Shown here piece by piece: positions 26,968 through 40,704 of a stretch of DNA of 64,000 nucleotides. Source of the DNA: Octopus vulgaris (lineage: Eukaryota); contig OX597831.1 of the NCBI GenBank assembly GCA_951406725.2, positions 21,018,001-21,082,000 on the forward strand, given 5' to 3'. A program made the translations under genes and the position numbers. How positions within the stretch are numbered: the first letter of the stretch is position 1; every line of letters begins with the position of its first letter. The notes under the pieces are model-generated. The model was not told the DNA's origin and did not search any database. It was given only the letters and a program-made list of their open reading frames with translations.

Positions 26968-28049
26968 CTGTGGAATCTTTAAGGCACAATATTTAACGCA
27001 CAGTTTGAAATCATTGCATAACTATTTGCCAACAAAATGCATCATACATTTGCTAACTTTATGTTATTTTCTTCTATTTTGTAGTATTTTTATAAGTATA
27101 TAGTATTCCCAGTTATGCCGAAGCTTCAGTAATTGAAAAACAAGTGCGGACTATGGAATGTATCTGTGTTACAATTACGATATTTGTGTTACTTTGTTTG
27201 TTAATCAGTTGAATGTAGAATTTAGGAATTTTTTCTCTTTGACACACTAATATTCAACATATTGATATAATATTTAGTAACTTCATCAAATATGACTTTC
27301 TTTTGAAGATATTAGATCTTTCAATTAATATTGCTGTAAGGGACTTGAAACTAAGACAGCTGAGATTCAATCTGTTGTTCCTATATATGGGATTTTAGGC
27401 TCCTTTCATCCGTGCAGTATGACTTTCTGGGTGTTTACATAAAAAAAAAGCGAGACGTAAATATTACGGCGTGAATGCTCAGAAATAATACATACATACA
27501 TACATACATACACGGGTATATATATCTATATACGTATATATATGTATACACACACACACCCGCACACAACCCCCCATATATATATATATATACTTGCTAA
27601 TACAACTACTGTGTTCATCTCTGAGAGAGATTTTTGAACTAGCTTTTTTGGCTTGCAATATATACACGCACACATTCATAAGTATAAAACTACACATACA
27701 CACATACACACTTACACCCATATACAGCATAATTTGAAAGTTAAAGCTCGTGAGATTCATTTTGAAATAAGTTTTTATCTAAGATCACCGTTTATTAGCG
27801 TAGCGAAAATTAAAGAAAAGATTACGTGACAGGGTCTTCCTCTCCGCGGATATCACATGAGATAATTAAGTGGAAAAATATGATGAGGAAATATAAATAG
27901 AAATAAAATAAAAATAATAAACCAATGGATAACGTATGGAATTAGCCGAATGTTCCATGGGGACGTTCTTAAAAGTATTTGATTAGTTCATTTGTAGTTG
28001 GGTTGAATGAAGGTTTGGGGCATCATTTTCTTTTTTCTGATAGTTCGGG

Positions 28050-28650
28050 AAAGAGAGGCAGACAGAGAGATAGCATGGTAAAGAGAGGGAGACAACAGAG
28101 AGAGAGAGAAAGAGAGGGAGAGGGAGAGGGAGAGAGAGATAAAAGGCGAAAGAGAGGGGAACAACAGTGTGAGTTGGAGAAAAAAACGAGGGGGACAAAA
28201 CAGAGAGAAGGAAGTAGAGAACAACAGAGAGAGATGCAATGACGGAAAGAGTGGGAGGCAAAGGGAACCGTAAAGAGAAAGATACAGAGAGACAGAAAGT
28301 AAGGGAAAGAGAGGGAGCGGGGCAAACAGAGAGTAATGGAAAGAGGAGAAGAGGCGCTGAGAAGTTGAGTAAGAACGAGAAGATGAAGGAAGGTGAGAGG
28401 AAAAAGACAGTGAGAGAAAAAAATAAAAGTGGGAGGAGGTGAGAAAAAAAAATTGGGTGGTGGAGAGAAGAGAAAGAGAGAGAAAGAGAGAGAGAGAGAG
28501 ATGGATAGTGGCATGGTGAGAGAGTGAGTACAAACGAGGAAGGGCTCGAAGAAGAGGGGAAGAGTGTGGGACAAGTAGAATGGTAAAGTGAAGGGGAGAA
28601 AAGGGAGGCAGAATGTAAGTGAAGTTGATGATATGGAAGACAGTGATAGA

Positions 28651-28728
<78 letters not shown>

Positions 28729-29010
28729 GCAGAGTGAATGGTGAGTAGAGAGAGGGAGACAAGGGAAAATGATAGGAAAAGAAAGGAAGAGAGGCAGTGG
28801 AATGGGTGAGAGGGAGAAGAAGAGAATAGGGCCGGCGAATACAGAAAAGGGTAACACAGGGAAAGAAAGGCAGAGCGAGGGCAGAGGAAGGAGGAAAGGA
28901 GAAGATGGGAAAGAGAGTCAGAAGGAGAAGGAGGAACTAGGTAAGTAAATGAGAGAAAAGCAAAGAAGGAACAGGAGCATAAGGGAGAAGGAGAGAGAGA
29001 GAGAGGAAGA
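28050..29010 (+). repeat. Purine-rich low-complexity / (GA)n region
   Basis: About 1 kb that is strongly G/A-biased on the plus strand, with pure (GA)n at about 28660-28725. Confidence 0.9.
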
Positions 29011-29808
29011 ATACGCAGGAGTTAAAGCCGTGGCTTTAATTCATCTTAACATTTCAGACGTAACTTATCCACACATACTGGAAACAGGGTTTCGAAACTC
29101 ACTGCCGCTATACTTGCTTTCCTTCTCTCTTTTTTCTTTTCATTTTTACTGTTTGTGTTGTTTGACCATAGGTCAATCGTGATTGAACCCGATCGATGAT
29201 GTAATTGTGGTCCTCTTGATTTAGTTTTCAAAGTGTATCTGGGTCTACAGTATTCAGTGTGACTTTCCACCCGTTCGTGTACATAAGGTCTATGACTGTG
29301 TTAAAAATCAACACGCCACGTAGATATTTCTTCAATGGTTTCCGATGTGTAGCTGCAGTTATGTAACATTTTGGTAGGGGTGGTCACTCTAAGAAGGAGT
29401 TTATCTTCACACGAAATCTCTAAATCGCGGTTATGTAAGGGATAGTAAATTTTATGGTCTTGAGTAGATTTTGAACCCGTGTCGTTATTATGTGACGAGA
29501 AAGAAGCCCGAAATCGAACTTTTAACTTGTTATAGACACACACATACATTAATATATTAACATACACACAAACACACATACGCATGTATACGGGCACATA
29601 AATATACACACACATGCACATTCGCACAAGGTAACAGAACGTCACCGACATAACTCACAAATATGCATCCAAATTTAATAAAAGTACACAGAAACACTCA
29701 TGCCCGCACACACAAACACACACACTAACACACACACACACACACGCACAGGTACATAGTGATACAAAAAAGCATATCACATTCACAAACAAATATATGG
29801 ACGCATAT

Positions 29809-30201
29809 GTGGAGGCGCAATGGCCCAGTGGTTAGGGCAGCGGACTCGCAGTCATAAGATCGCGGTTTCGATTCCCAGACCGGGCGTTGTGAGTGTTTAT
29901 TGAGCGAAAACACCTAAAGCTCCACGAGGCTCCGGCAGGGGATGGTGGTGATCCCTGCTGTACTCTTTCACCACAACTTTCTCTCACTCTTGCTTCCTGT
30001 TTCTGTTGTACCTGTATTTCAAAGAGCCGGCCTTGTCACTCTCTGTGTCACGCTGAATATCCCCGAGAACTACGTTAAGGGTACACGTGTCTGTGGAGTG
30101 CTCAGCCACTTACACGTTAATTTCACGAGCAGGCTGTTCCGTTGATTCGGATCAACCGGAACCCTCGTCGTCGAAACCGACGGAGTGCTTCTAAAAAAAA
30201 A
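29809..30201 (+). mobile_element. Full-length tRNA-derived SINE (head B, tail X) with poly(A) and a 13-bp TSD
   Basis: GGAGGCGCAATGGCCCAGTGGTTAGGGCAGCGGACTCGCAGTCATAAGATCGCGGTTTCGATTCCCAG. TSD ATATGGACGCATA at 29795-29807 and 30202-30214. Confidence 0.92.
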
Positions 30202-30841
30202 ATATGGACGCATAGGAACACACGCGCACAGGACCACACGTATATACAAATATACAAAACACCGCCGAGCATACTAACTCAGACAGATACATACATAAAG
30301 AACACGCAGACCTACGGGAAAACGTCTGCCCAATCGACCGCAAATGCAAACACACACACACACAAACCCCCACACACAAACACATATATTAACATATATA
30401 CAACACACATACAACCATATATACACAGAAAGATAGTTGTACACACTAATATATATATATATTAATAAATGCATACATCAATAAGAGTGTGTCATATTCA
30501 TTGTTCTGCTCTTAAAGAAAAGGTTAGCTTTGTTCTATTCAAGTAATGGCGGTTTAACTGACGGGGAAAAAGACAGACAGTGAATTGATTGAGAAACAGA
30601 AAGGAAGAAGCTTACTGCAAATATATTTTATTTACGAGAATATATTGTTTTTTAATAGGCCTTATATTCGTTCATTTCTACGTATACACAAATGCATATA
30701 CATACATAATTACATACACACACACACACACGCACGAACATACATACACACATATATATAGGTGTATGTGTGTGTGTGTACGTTATACACGCTTAACTTC
30801 ATATATAAATTTATATAATTATATTACACACACAAGTGAGA

Positions 30842-30903
<62 letters not shown>

Positions 30904-30970
30904 TTGTATATTTATATCTATATATAAACCTGTATATCTATATATACATACCTCTATATCTATATCTCGG

Positions 30971-31031
<61 letters not shown>

Positions 31032-31666
31032 ATATATATAGATATGTGTGTGTGTGTATTTTTCTATAATATGAATTGGACTTGGCCGATCGTTTTATTC
31101 TTTCTTGTCTTGAGGTTCACAGCCAAACGGCTGGGTGGATTAGCGTGAAAAATGACACACCTGTGGAGATGTGTGCATATATTCGAATGCGTTTGTATTT
31201 TTTTCCTAGCCCCCATAGTTACCGAGAAAATTGATTAAAACTTTTCTAATGAAATTCTCCTGTTTGTTCCGCTATTAAAACAACCAGTTGCTCACACAGC
31301 CGGCATATACAATTTCGCTAGCAACAAGAGGAGTACAGGATGACAATCAGCCAGAACTTCCGCTCTGCTCTCTCTCTTCTTTCACCTCTTTGTGGGTTTA
31401 ATAATCTTAATATCTTTAGTTACAGTTTCTCATTCAAACTACTTAATAGGCAGAATTGTCGGATTAAGACAGTTGGATGTTTTGAGGGAGATTTGGCTGC
31501 TATTTGTACCAGGTCTAGCTACCATGCAGAGGTATGAACTTAATTTTCATTCACGTATTTGCATTTCAAAAATTTAACATGATATTTTCCATTAATCAAC
31601 TATCGTAAAGATTTTATACAATGACCTCACATTTTCTATGTATGTGTATGTACCTTAAAAGACGTC

Positions 31667-32082
31667 AATCATCACGACACATACCGTTACTCACTCACTC
31701 ACTGTATCTCTCTTTCTCACCCTCTTTCTCTTTCACATACACACGCGCAAGCACGCGCACACGCATACACCCATATACACACACACACGTCCGTTTCAGA
31801 TATCTTCTTTCAATTTCTGCTCGCTGGAAATAACATTTTTTCTGGATAAAACTGCTTACAAAAATAGGGATTATGCATAATTTCTTTCTACGTTCATAAT
31901 TAAATTAATGTTTTAGTGATTAGACAGAAGTCCAATAAAATAGCTCTCAGAAACAGCCTACGTACAAATACGTGAATCATCACGACACACACCTTCACTC
32001 ACTCATTCACTCACTCACTCTAACTCTCTTTCTCACACCCTTTTTCTCTCACATACACATGCGCAAGCACGCACACGCACAC

Positions 32083-32135
<53 letters not shown>

Positions 32136-32332
32136 CACACACATACGTCCATTTCATATATCTTCTTTCAGTTTCTGCTCTCTGAAAAACTAAAATTTTT
32201 ACGGATGCAGTTGCTTACAAAAATAGGGATTAATGTACAATTTCTTTATATGTTCATAATTAAATCAATGTTTTAATGATTAGACGGAAGTCCAATAGAA
32301 TAGCTCTCAGAAACCGACTACGTACAAATTCG
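31667..32332 (+). repeat. Diverged tandem duplication (~310 and ~355 bp)
   Basis: AATCATCACGACAC...AAAATAGGGATT...GAAGTCCAATA.AATAGCTCTCAGAAAC..CTACGTACAAAT occurs twice, starting at 31667 and 31976. Confidence 0.85.
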
Positions 32333-33056
32333 TTCTTCACAGTACTTTATTCTGGCGCATCTCATTCAAATCACACCGCAGTGTCTTAGAAAACAGAAAA
32401 TACGTCGAATAATATAGTCAAAGTTACAAAGATACTAACGACCGTGAACACACACAAATATGCACAAAAATACACACTCACCACTCCCAAATTATCCGCT
32501 TGCTAGTGGTAAAATGGAGGATTTGGGGTCATTTTGGAATTTGAAGGTAGGGTTCAAAAAACAGGAACAAATAGCGCAAAGCGTCCGGTCCAACTGTTTC
32601 CCACATCTGCCACTTGACTCTATATTTTTATGAACCCAAAAGATGAGAAGGTAAAATTTATCTCGGCGGGATCTGAACTCAGAGCACAAAATGTCAGAAT
32701 AACTACCGCACGGCATTCTCTCCGACGCTCTAACGGCTGTGTCCATTTGCCGCAAAAATACTGAAATTTTACGAAAAAAAGTTGTAGCCGATGTTATCCA
32801 GAATTTCTCTTCTTTGACTGCTCTCACATCTGTTAATGTCTGAGTTCTTTCCCTGCTATTCCAGTCGGTTGATTAATTCTAGTTTGTTTATTACTAATTC
32901 TTTAATTTGACTTACTTTCTACACTAATTTCTATTCCATATCTTCTAGCTATTGTATCAATATGTGTTGTGACATCTCACACTACTTAATTTTCTTCCAT
33001 GAAATTAATATAACCCCTGAAATGATAATTAATGATTTGTCAACCGTGTACTTTTA

Positions 33057-33282
33057 CCCATTAAGTCCCAGTGTTCTGTAAATAGGACACTAAATGAAAA
33101 CATCAAATAAGCTATATCATATTCCTGAGTGTCCTATTTATGGGCCACCGTTTTTTTCCTTTTATACGTGAAGTGAAGGAGTTTTAATAATTGATTTTTT
33201 TCCCCCTTTTAACCTATTTTCAATCATCTGTGAAAATTTAGAAGTAATATTCAGAAATTTAAGTACTCTGGGACTTAATGGT
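33057..33282. mobile_element. Possible MITE
   Basis: Inverted termini CCATTAAGTCCCAG / CTGGGACTTAATGG and an inner pair ATAGGACACT/AGTGTCCTAT. Confidence 0.45.
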
Positions 33283-34332
33283 TCGATATTTCTTTCGAAA
33301 GACCTAATAGCTTAAGTCATTGTGCGTGCTAAAGGATATTAAAAACATTAATTGTCAGACACGTCCTTGTATGACAACAAAAGCAAATATTGGTGAAAAA
33401 ATCACTCGCCCGACAGCAAAACCTGTTAATGAAATCTTAGTAGTATGGCGAATTACCAAGCAAAACCAGACATTTTATATATTCATACAATCCTTTCTAG
33501 TAGGTAGGTTTTGAGATTTTGGAAAAGAGGCCTACTCGTACTGGGCTGGTACATAGTTTATAGACCTCGAAAGTGACCTCAGTGGAATTGAAGTCAAAAT
33601 GTAAAACCGGAAGAAACACTGCTGAGCACTTTGACCGGGACAGTAGCGATTTTGTCAGCTCACCTTTCTCATCTGTTGCTCAAACGTTACGTTATTTTTT
33701 CACAGTAGGCCATGGTACCATTTCCCCCACAAATTTTTGGGTGAGAGCAATAAAGTTGTGGCATGGGTCACGATAATTATTCTGTTGGAATATTAACTGT
33801 TTCAAATGTTGACACATGTCAGTAATTTTGGGAGAGTAGGTCAGTTAATTGATCCCAGTACTCAGTTGGGTCTTATTTTATCGACTCTGAAATGATTAAA
33901 TGCGAAGTCGACCGCAACAGAATTTGAATTCAATGTAAAGATCCAGAAGAATTTCCGTAAATCATTTCTTCCGATGCTCTATTTGTGAGAATCACGATTC
34001 ACCATGCTGCCGCCGCCTTCTGGGATCGTAGTCATGATACAACAATGTTCACTGTATCGGGAACCAAATTTGCTTAGGGGGCGCAAACAAAGTTTTGAAA
34101 ATTTCTACAATGGCCCGATTGCTGTTTTTCAAAATTTATTTTTACTTTTTGTTCTTTGAGAAGAAACCCAACTTCAAGCTATATTTTACAGATCACTTTT
34201 TGTGCACTGTCTTCTAAATCTGAGGAAAGTAAGAAGGGATGGACATTTCGATTTTGAACCCTCACCCCAAAAATTAGGAGATGCGCTTGCATTCTCTGTA
34301 CCCCCTGTTCCTGAGCATATGATAGTGTTTCT

Positions 34333-34553
34333 TATTTCTTTATTGCCCACAAGGGGCTAAACACAGAGAGGACAAACAAGGACAGACAAACTGATTAAGT
34401 CAATTGTATCGACCCTAGTACTTATTTAATTGGCCCCGAAAGGATGAAAGGCAAAGTCGACCTTGGCGGAATTTGAACTCAGAACGCAACGGCAGACGAA
34501 ATACGGCTAAGCATTTCGCCCGGCATGCTAACACTTCTGCCAGCTCGCCGCCC
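34333..34553 (-). mobile_element. Monomeric Deu/Nin-domain SINE with a ~15-bp TSD
   Basis: Reverse complement of the 15625 family, including the head GGCGGCGAGCTGGCAGAA. TSD TATGA(T/C)A(G/T)TGTTTCT at 34318-34332 and 34554-34568. Confidence 0.88.
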
Positions 34554-34942
34554 TATGACATTGTTTCTAGTTTCGTATTTAGTGGTTCCCATCTTCGGAA
34601 GTTGTCTATGCCATTGTCTATACCATAAACCATTATTATAAATTTACAGTCTATCTCTAAAATTCTACCAATTTATTTTCCTGCTTTAACCATTCTCTAT
34701 TTATATTATTTCTTTAAGATGATTTATTATATTTCAGCTTCGTACTTCCTTGTGTAACATTTATACTTCTATCACTGTGTATGTATAGTAAATAAAATTT
34801 CCTGCATTTGTTCATTCAAAATATTTACTACATATCTCTGATCTCTGATTTTAAAATTCCTTCTCGTTGTATTTAGTCCGTTTGTCACTGACTGTGTTTG
34901 TTTGTTTGTTTAGGAAGTCGCCACATTTATCTTGAACAAATT

Positions 34943-35532
34943 TATTACTTTATTGCCCACAAGGGGCTAAACACAGAGGTGACAAACAACGACAGACAAA
35001 GGTACTAAATCGATTACAGCGACCCCAGTGCATAACTAGTACTTATTTAATCGACCCCGTAAGTATGAGGGGCAAAGTCGACCTTGTGGAATTTGAACTC
35101 AGAACATAGCGGCAGACGAAATACCTATTTCTTTACTACCCACAAGGGGATCATCACAGAGCGGACAAACAAGGACAAACAAACGGATTAAGTCGATTAT
35201 ATCGACCCCAGTGCGTAACTGGTACTTAATTTACTCGACCCCGAAAGTATGAGGGGCAAAGTCGACCTTGCGGAATTTGAACTCAGAACATAGCGGCAGA
35301 CGAAATACCTATTTCTTTACTACCCACAAGGGGATCATCACAGAGCGGACAAACAAGGACAGACATACAAACGGATTAAGTCGATTATATCGACCCCAGT
35401 GCGTAACTGGTACTTAATTTACTCGACCCCGAAAGAATGAAAGGCAAAGTCGACCTCGGCGGAATTTTGAACACAGAACGTAGCGGCAGACGAAATACTG
35501 CTAGGCATTTCGTTTGGCGTGCTAACAATTCT
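34943..35532 (-). mobile_element. Second trimeric Deu/Nin-domain SINE
   Basis: Three ~183-bp bodies joined at CAGACGAAATACC|TATTTCTTTAC, with a single head at the right end. Confidence 0.88.
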
Positions 35533-35819
35533 AATTAGTGAGTCACTGGTTTAAACTGTAACAATGTGGCAGGTATCTCTTCAATCAGGTTGTATGAATA
35601 TATTATATTCTATCACATCTTTCCTCAATTATTCAACTATTTGTTACCGTAGTTGCCGTTTTTACTGCTGTATTACACAACATCACTCTATCCCTTCAAC
35701 ATAAATCATTAGAACAAATTATTTTCAACGATTCGTAGCTTCCATTCTTTCACCAGAAATTCTGCTAGCTGTTGTCATCTTATTCTCAAAGACACCTGAT
35801 GAATTCTAAACATTTGCAT

Positions 35820-35820
<1 letters not shown>

Positions 35821-35857
<37 letters not shown>

Positions 35858-35858
35858 T

Positions 35859-35889
<31 letters not shown>

Positions 35890-35933
35890 TGATGATGATA
35901 ATAATAATAATAATAATGATGATGATGATGATG

Positions 35934-35970
<37 letters not shown>

Positions 35971-36062
35971 TAATTATGATAATAATAATAATGATGATGA
36001 TAATAATGATGATGATAATAATGATGATGATTATAATAATGATGATAATAATAATGATGATG

Positions 36063-36129
<67 letters not shown>

Positions 36130-36139
36130 TAATAATAAT
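35821..36139. repeat. (TAA/TGA)n trinucleotide microsatellite
   Basis: Read directly from the sequence. Confidence 0.98.
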
Positions 36140-36513
36140 GAAAAAGTAAACAAACTATGCTGGATCATAAATATAGCATGCCCAGCTGACAACAAGGTAT
36201 GCGATAAGGAAGAAAGAAAAGTCGAGAGATATGACAGGTTAGCTTGGGAAGTTAAGCAGTTGTCGTCGATGAAAAAGGTAGCAGTAGTATCAATAATTGT
36301 CGGAGCCCTGGGGACATTGAGAAAAAATCTCGAGAAGTATGTGGAACAAATAGGGGCTGCAATAAGGGTGGAGCACTTGCAGAAAAATTCACTGCTTGGC
36401 ACCGCTCGAATACTCCGGAAGGTGCTCGAAAAATATGAGGTGTTACCTTAATTCACTGGTAGTGAACAGCTGACACTGTAGTACATCTCCAGCGTTAGAA
36501 GCTGTGCAAAGGC
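36140..36513 (+). mobile_element. 3' end of an R4/Dong-clade non-LTR retrotransposon (C-terminus of the restriction-like endonuclease plus 3' UTR)
   Basis: Open frame EKVNKLCWIINIACPADNKVCDKEERKVERYDRLAWEVKQL..MKKVAVVSIIVGALG...LQKNSLLGTARILRKVL*. Flanked by TAA/CAA repeats, consistent with Dong-type targeting of (TAA)n. Confidence 0.85.
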
Positions 36514-36579
36514 AACAACAACAACCACAATAATATCAACGACAACAAGAACAATAATAATAATGACAATAACAATACA

Positions 36580-36950
36580 GGCGCAGGAGTGGCTGTGTGG
36601 TAAGTAGCTTGCTAACCAACCACATGGTTCCGGGTTCAGTCCCACTGCGTGGCACCTTGGGCAAGTGTCTTCTGCTATAGCCCCGGGCCGACCAATGCCT
36701 TGTGAGTGGATTTGGTAGACGGAAACTGAAAGAAGCCTTTCGTATATATGTATATATATATGTGTGTGTCCCCCTGGTGTGTTTACGTCCCCGTCACTTA
36801 GCGGTTCGGCAAAAGAGACCGATAGAATAAGTACTGGGCTTACAAAGAATAAGTTCCGGGGTCGATTTGCTCGACTAAAAGGCGGTGCTCCAGCATGGCC
36901 GCAGTCAAATGACTGAAACAAGTAAAAGAGAGAAAAGAGAGAAAAGAGAG
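36580..36950 (+). mobile_element. Full-length CORE-like tRNA SINE (family A)
   Basis: GGCGCAGGAGTGGCTGTGTGGTAAGTAGCTTG...GGTTCAGTCCC (A and B boxes), CORE-like CACCTTGGGCAAGTG, an internal TA/TG tract and a (G/TAAAAGAG)n tail. Confidence 0.92.
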
Positions 36951-36969
36951 TATGCTAATTCTCTTTCCG

Positions 36970-37620
36970 TCTCTTCTTAAATTCAGCTGTTATTTCAAGG
37001 TCTTCAAAGATTTCAAGATCTTATTTTATTCATGCATTTGGATCTTCCGTTTATTCCTGGATGTTTAATTTGAGCTTCAATTGTATTGTCATTATTAAAA
37101 GTTCGTAGTCAGCGCCAATACCTGCGAATGAGAAAACTCGAATTTTAGCTCCATTCAAACTTGATTGATAGCTTTCGAGGCTAAGCATAAAAAAGAATAC
37201 CATCGTATCGTTTCTGAAAATTTGCTTTGAGATACAGTGATTGTTATCATTATTTTTCCCGCTGTCCTTCAAATCCTAAAATTCAAAAATACCCAGTTTT
37301 CTAAGTCCTAATTTACAAGTACTATGAAGACATCTAATCCATTCATTCCATTCCGGTCAGTCTGAAAGACATGTGCTTACTTTTGTTTCGTTTATCGATT
37401 ATTTTTCTAGATCCCAATAAAGTTTCTTCATTTACTCATCCCTGAAATCGCCGAGTGGAACATTAATTTGCATATGTACGATATGCCGTTACTTAGTTTA
37501 TAGCCTCATCGTGAATAAATAATCAATCTGAAATCAGTAAGATATATATTCCTGCCTTTTAGATATTTTAATGCACTATGAAAGCTACATGCTATTTGGT
37601 CGATCTCAACTCTCATCCAT
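36970..37620 (-). pseudogene. Heavily decayed RTE-like LINE APE-endonuclease remnant
   Basis: The minus-strand peptide AKIRVFSFAGIGADYELLIMTIQLKLK resembles the end of the APE domain (SDH-LL...LKL). Upstream sequence has many stops. Confidence 0.5.
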
Positions 37621-38054
37621 TTCTCTTATCTCTCATAAAAAAAAAAACCCAACATTTATCTATCTGTCCCCTTTGTCCATTGCATTTCTGCAACCTTTCA
37701 TGTTCTAACTTTTGCTTGCTTCCTTCATTGGCCCTCGGCCTTGCTGGGTTTTAGGTGAACGGATCGATTCTGTTCTTATATATTTTAAAGTTTGATACAT
37801 GTTCTACTTGTCTCTTTTTATTCTCTTATTTGTTTCAGTCATTTGACTGCGGCCATGCCTGAGCACCACCTGTCGTCGAACAAATCGACTCAAGGACTTA
37901 TTCTTTGTAAGCATAGTACTTATTCTATCGCTTTCTTTTGCCTAACCGCTACATCTTTTTGTAATTAATTAATAAATGATATTTCGTTCTTGGATTTGGT
38001 TTGCAAGATTCTTTATATGAGTTGGTGTGCTGAAGCATATTCTGTTGTGAGATC

Positions 38055-38280
38055 CATTTTCTTTTTGTGCCTTATAATGTAACACACTCACCGGTAAAAT
38101 TTCCACTTGTTTTCATTTTCTTAAAATTTTCCTTGCGTCTTGCAACCTTTTCGATAGTCTTGAGTCAAGACTATTGAAATGGTTGCAAGATGCAACGAAA
38201 ATTTTAGGAAAATAAAAATAAGAAATAACTGGAAATTTCACCGGTGAGTGTGTTACATTACAAGGCACATAAAGAAAATG
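38055..38280. repeat. Long imperfect palindrome centred at 38164
   Basis: ~110-bp arms, for example AATGTAACACACTCACCGGT/ACCGGTGAGTGTGTTACATT. The centre is ATAGTCTTGA-G-TCAAGACTAT. Confidence 0.9.
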
Positions 38281-38650
38281 AGTCTCCCCAGACACAAGAG
38301 AAAAATAAATAATTGGTGTAAATCGATTGTTATTCATCAATTTTATTTCCATTTTCTGTTTTCCTTGAATATTTATAAACTTCGGTTTATTCTTGTCATT
38401 ACCAATCATTTATAGGAATTAATACCAATGTTCATGATCAAATATAGGTAATACGCCAGTTGATTCACTGGATACAAGTATCCTTAGACGGTTGTTATAA
38501 CCTCCAACTTAACACTCCACACCTGTGTTTAATTACCACGGTCGTTTCTGAACTCTTCAGCGACACATTTTTCCATTCGAGTCAATACAGAATTACAAAT
38601 AGTATTTATGGAATTTTGATTTACTGTAGGGTGACTTTCGGACGAACCTG

Positions 38651-38692
<42 letters not shown>

Positions 38693-38759
38693 GTTCGTAT
38701 ATATATATATATTATATATGTATATATATATATATATATGTATATAATATATATATATG

Positions 38760-38810
<51 letters not shown>

Positions 38811-38849
38811 ATTATATATATGAATATATATATATATATATTATATATA

Positions 38850-38920
<71 letters not shown>

Positions 38921-38922
38921 AA

Positions 38923-39012
38923 CCTGCCGGTAGTCATATGCTTGTCTCAAAGCTTAAGCCAGGCAAACGTAAGTTCATGCCGTAAACGAATGGTGAAACC
39001 GCGAATGGCTCA
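38923..39012 (+). rRNA. Orphan 5' fragment of 18S rRNA (pseudogene)
   Basis: CCTGCCGGTAGTCATATGCTTGTCTCAAAGCTTAAGCCA...GGTGAAACCGCGAATGGCTCA matches the conserved 18S 5' end (CCTGCCAGTAGTCATATGCTTGTCTCAAAGATTAAGCCATGC...GAAACTGCGAATGGCTCA). Confidence 0.9.
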
Positions 39013-39750
39013 GGAACCGGATCTAATCCTCGGGACCCTTGCTAACAATTCACAATAATGACTTTTATTACCTTTTATCCCTACCTCAGTCCATCTAATT
39101 GTATATATCTATCGTTACTTTTTATAAAAGGGCTTTAATTTTTTGATTTCCAATGCGCATTTTCGCTTATTTTTCCTCCTACTTTCCCCTTACATTTCCA
39201 CGTGTAGTTTCTATTTTCTTCTTGTAACATACATATTTCTATTTATATATATATATATTTCAAAATTTTAGTTGCATTTTCATTTTACGTTTTATATATT
39301 CTGTATCCTCCTCTTTCTTTTTTTCTTATATTAATTTACGAACATTTTACCATCATCTTCGTTTTTTTGCTGTTTCAAACCCTATTATGCTCCATCAATG
39401 ACTTCTACTCGCCTTCTTAGAATATGTTGGTATATAAAACACTAGTTATAAAATCCTACATATTCATTAGTCATGCATTACTATCATACAGACTTTCGCA
39501 GGTTACCCTTACTTTTGCCAACCCCCAGTTCCCTTCACACCATAAATTTAACAAAATACCTAATTACTGCTCACAGTTATCCTCCAATATATATTGACAG
39601 CATGAGCATATAACTGCAGTACATTTATTAATCACATAGAAATGTATACATCATCTCATATCGCATATAAACCTTTGTTAAAAGCTTCTTCCAGTTCACA
39701 TGCACTCAAATGTGTATATATATGTGTGGGAAATGCATGCATGCATGTAT

Positions 39751-39845
<95 letters not shown>

Positions 39846-39889
39846 CAGAGAGAGAGAGAGAGAGAAAGAAAGAGAAGAAAAGGGAGACA

Positions 39890-40083
<194 letters not shown>

Positions 40084-40129
40084 CATACATACATATATAT
40101 ATATGTATATATATATTCCTTCTTGTACT

Positions 40130-40560
40130 GTATTTTTTGTAATTGTATTTTATTTTGTATTTGTTTTTAATTGTATTGTTTTTACGTCCTGTTTTTGTCA
40201 CATTTTTTTCCTTGTTTTTACCCCTCTGCAAAGGAATTTTATTTAATTCTTTCGCAGGAAGGACTAGTTCGACGAGACGTGTTCTGTTCTCACCGTCGAA
40301 ACATGCTGGAGTTGAACTAGGGACAGCTGATGAAGGGGATTTTTCCTTGTGTAGTTGTCTTGTACTCTGTTTTTTCGTTGTTAAAAAAATGGTCCGTTCC
40401 ATGCTGTTTTTACGTCTTCGTTTCTCGTTGAGTTCTACGTCTATTTGTGGTGTCCTGTACACACGTATATATATATTTAAATATGCATGTATATATACAT
40501 GTAGATGTAGGTACGTACATATATGTTTGTATGAATGCATATATTTTATTTATTGTATGA
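40130..40560. repeat. Family X interspersed repeat (diverged copy)
   Basis: Homologous to 1860-2250. Confidence 0.7.
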
Positions 40561-40640
40561 CTATTGTATGACTGAGCGCCTTCGCGTCGATTCGATTCGA
40601 TTCGTTTGGTTTCCTTTCGTTTCTTCTTCTTCTCTAAGCT

Positions 40641-40704
<64 letters not shown>

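Noticed and set aside
29811-29885. Possible tRNA gene
   Set aside because: It is the tRNA-derived head of a SINE. It continues into a body with poly(A) and a TSD and has no proper acceptor stem.
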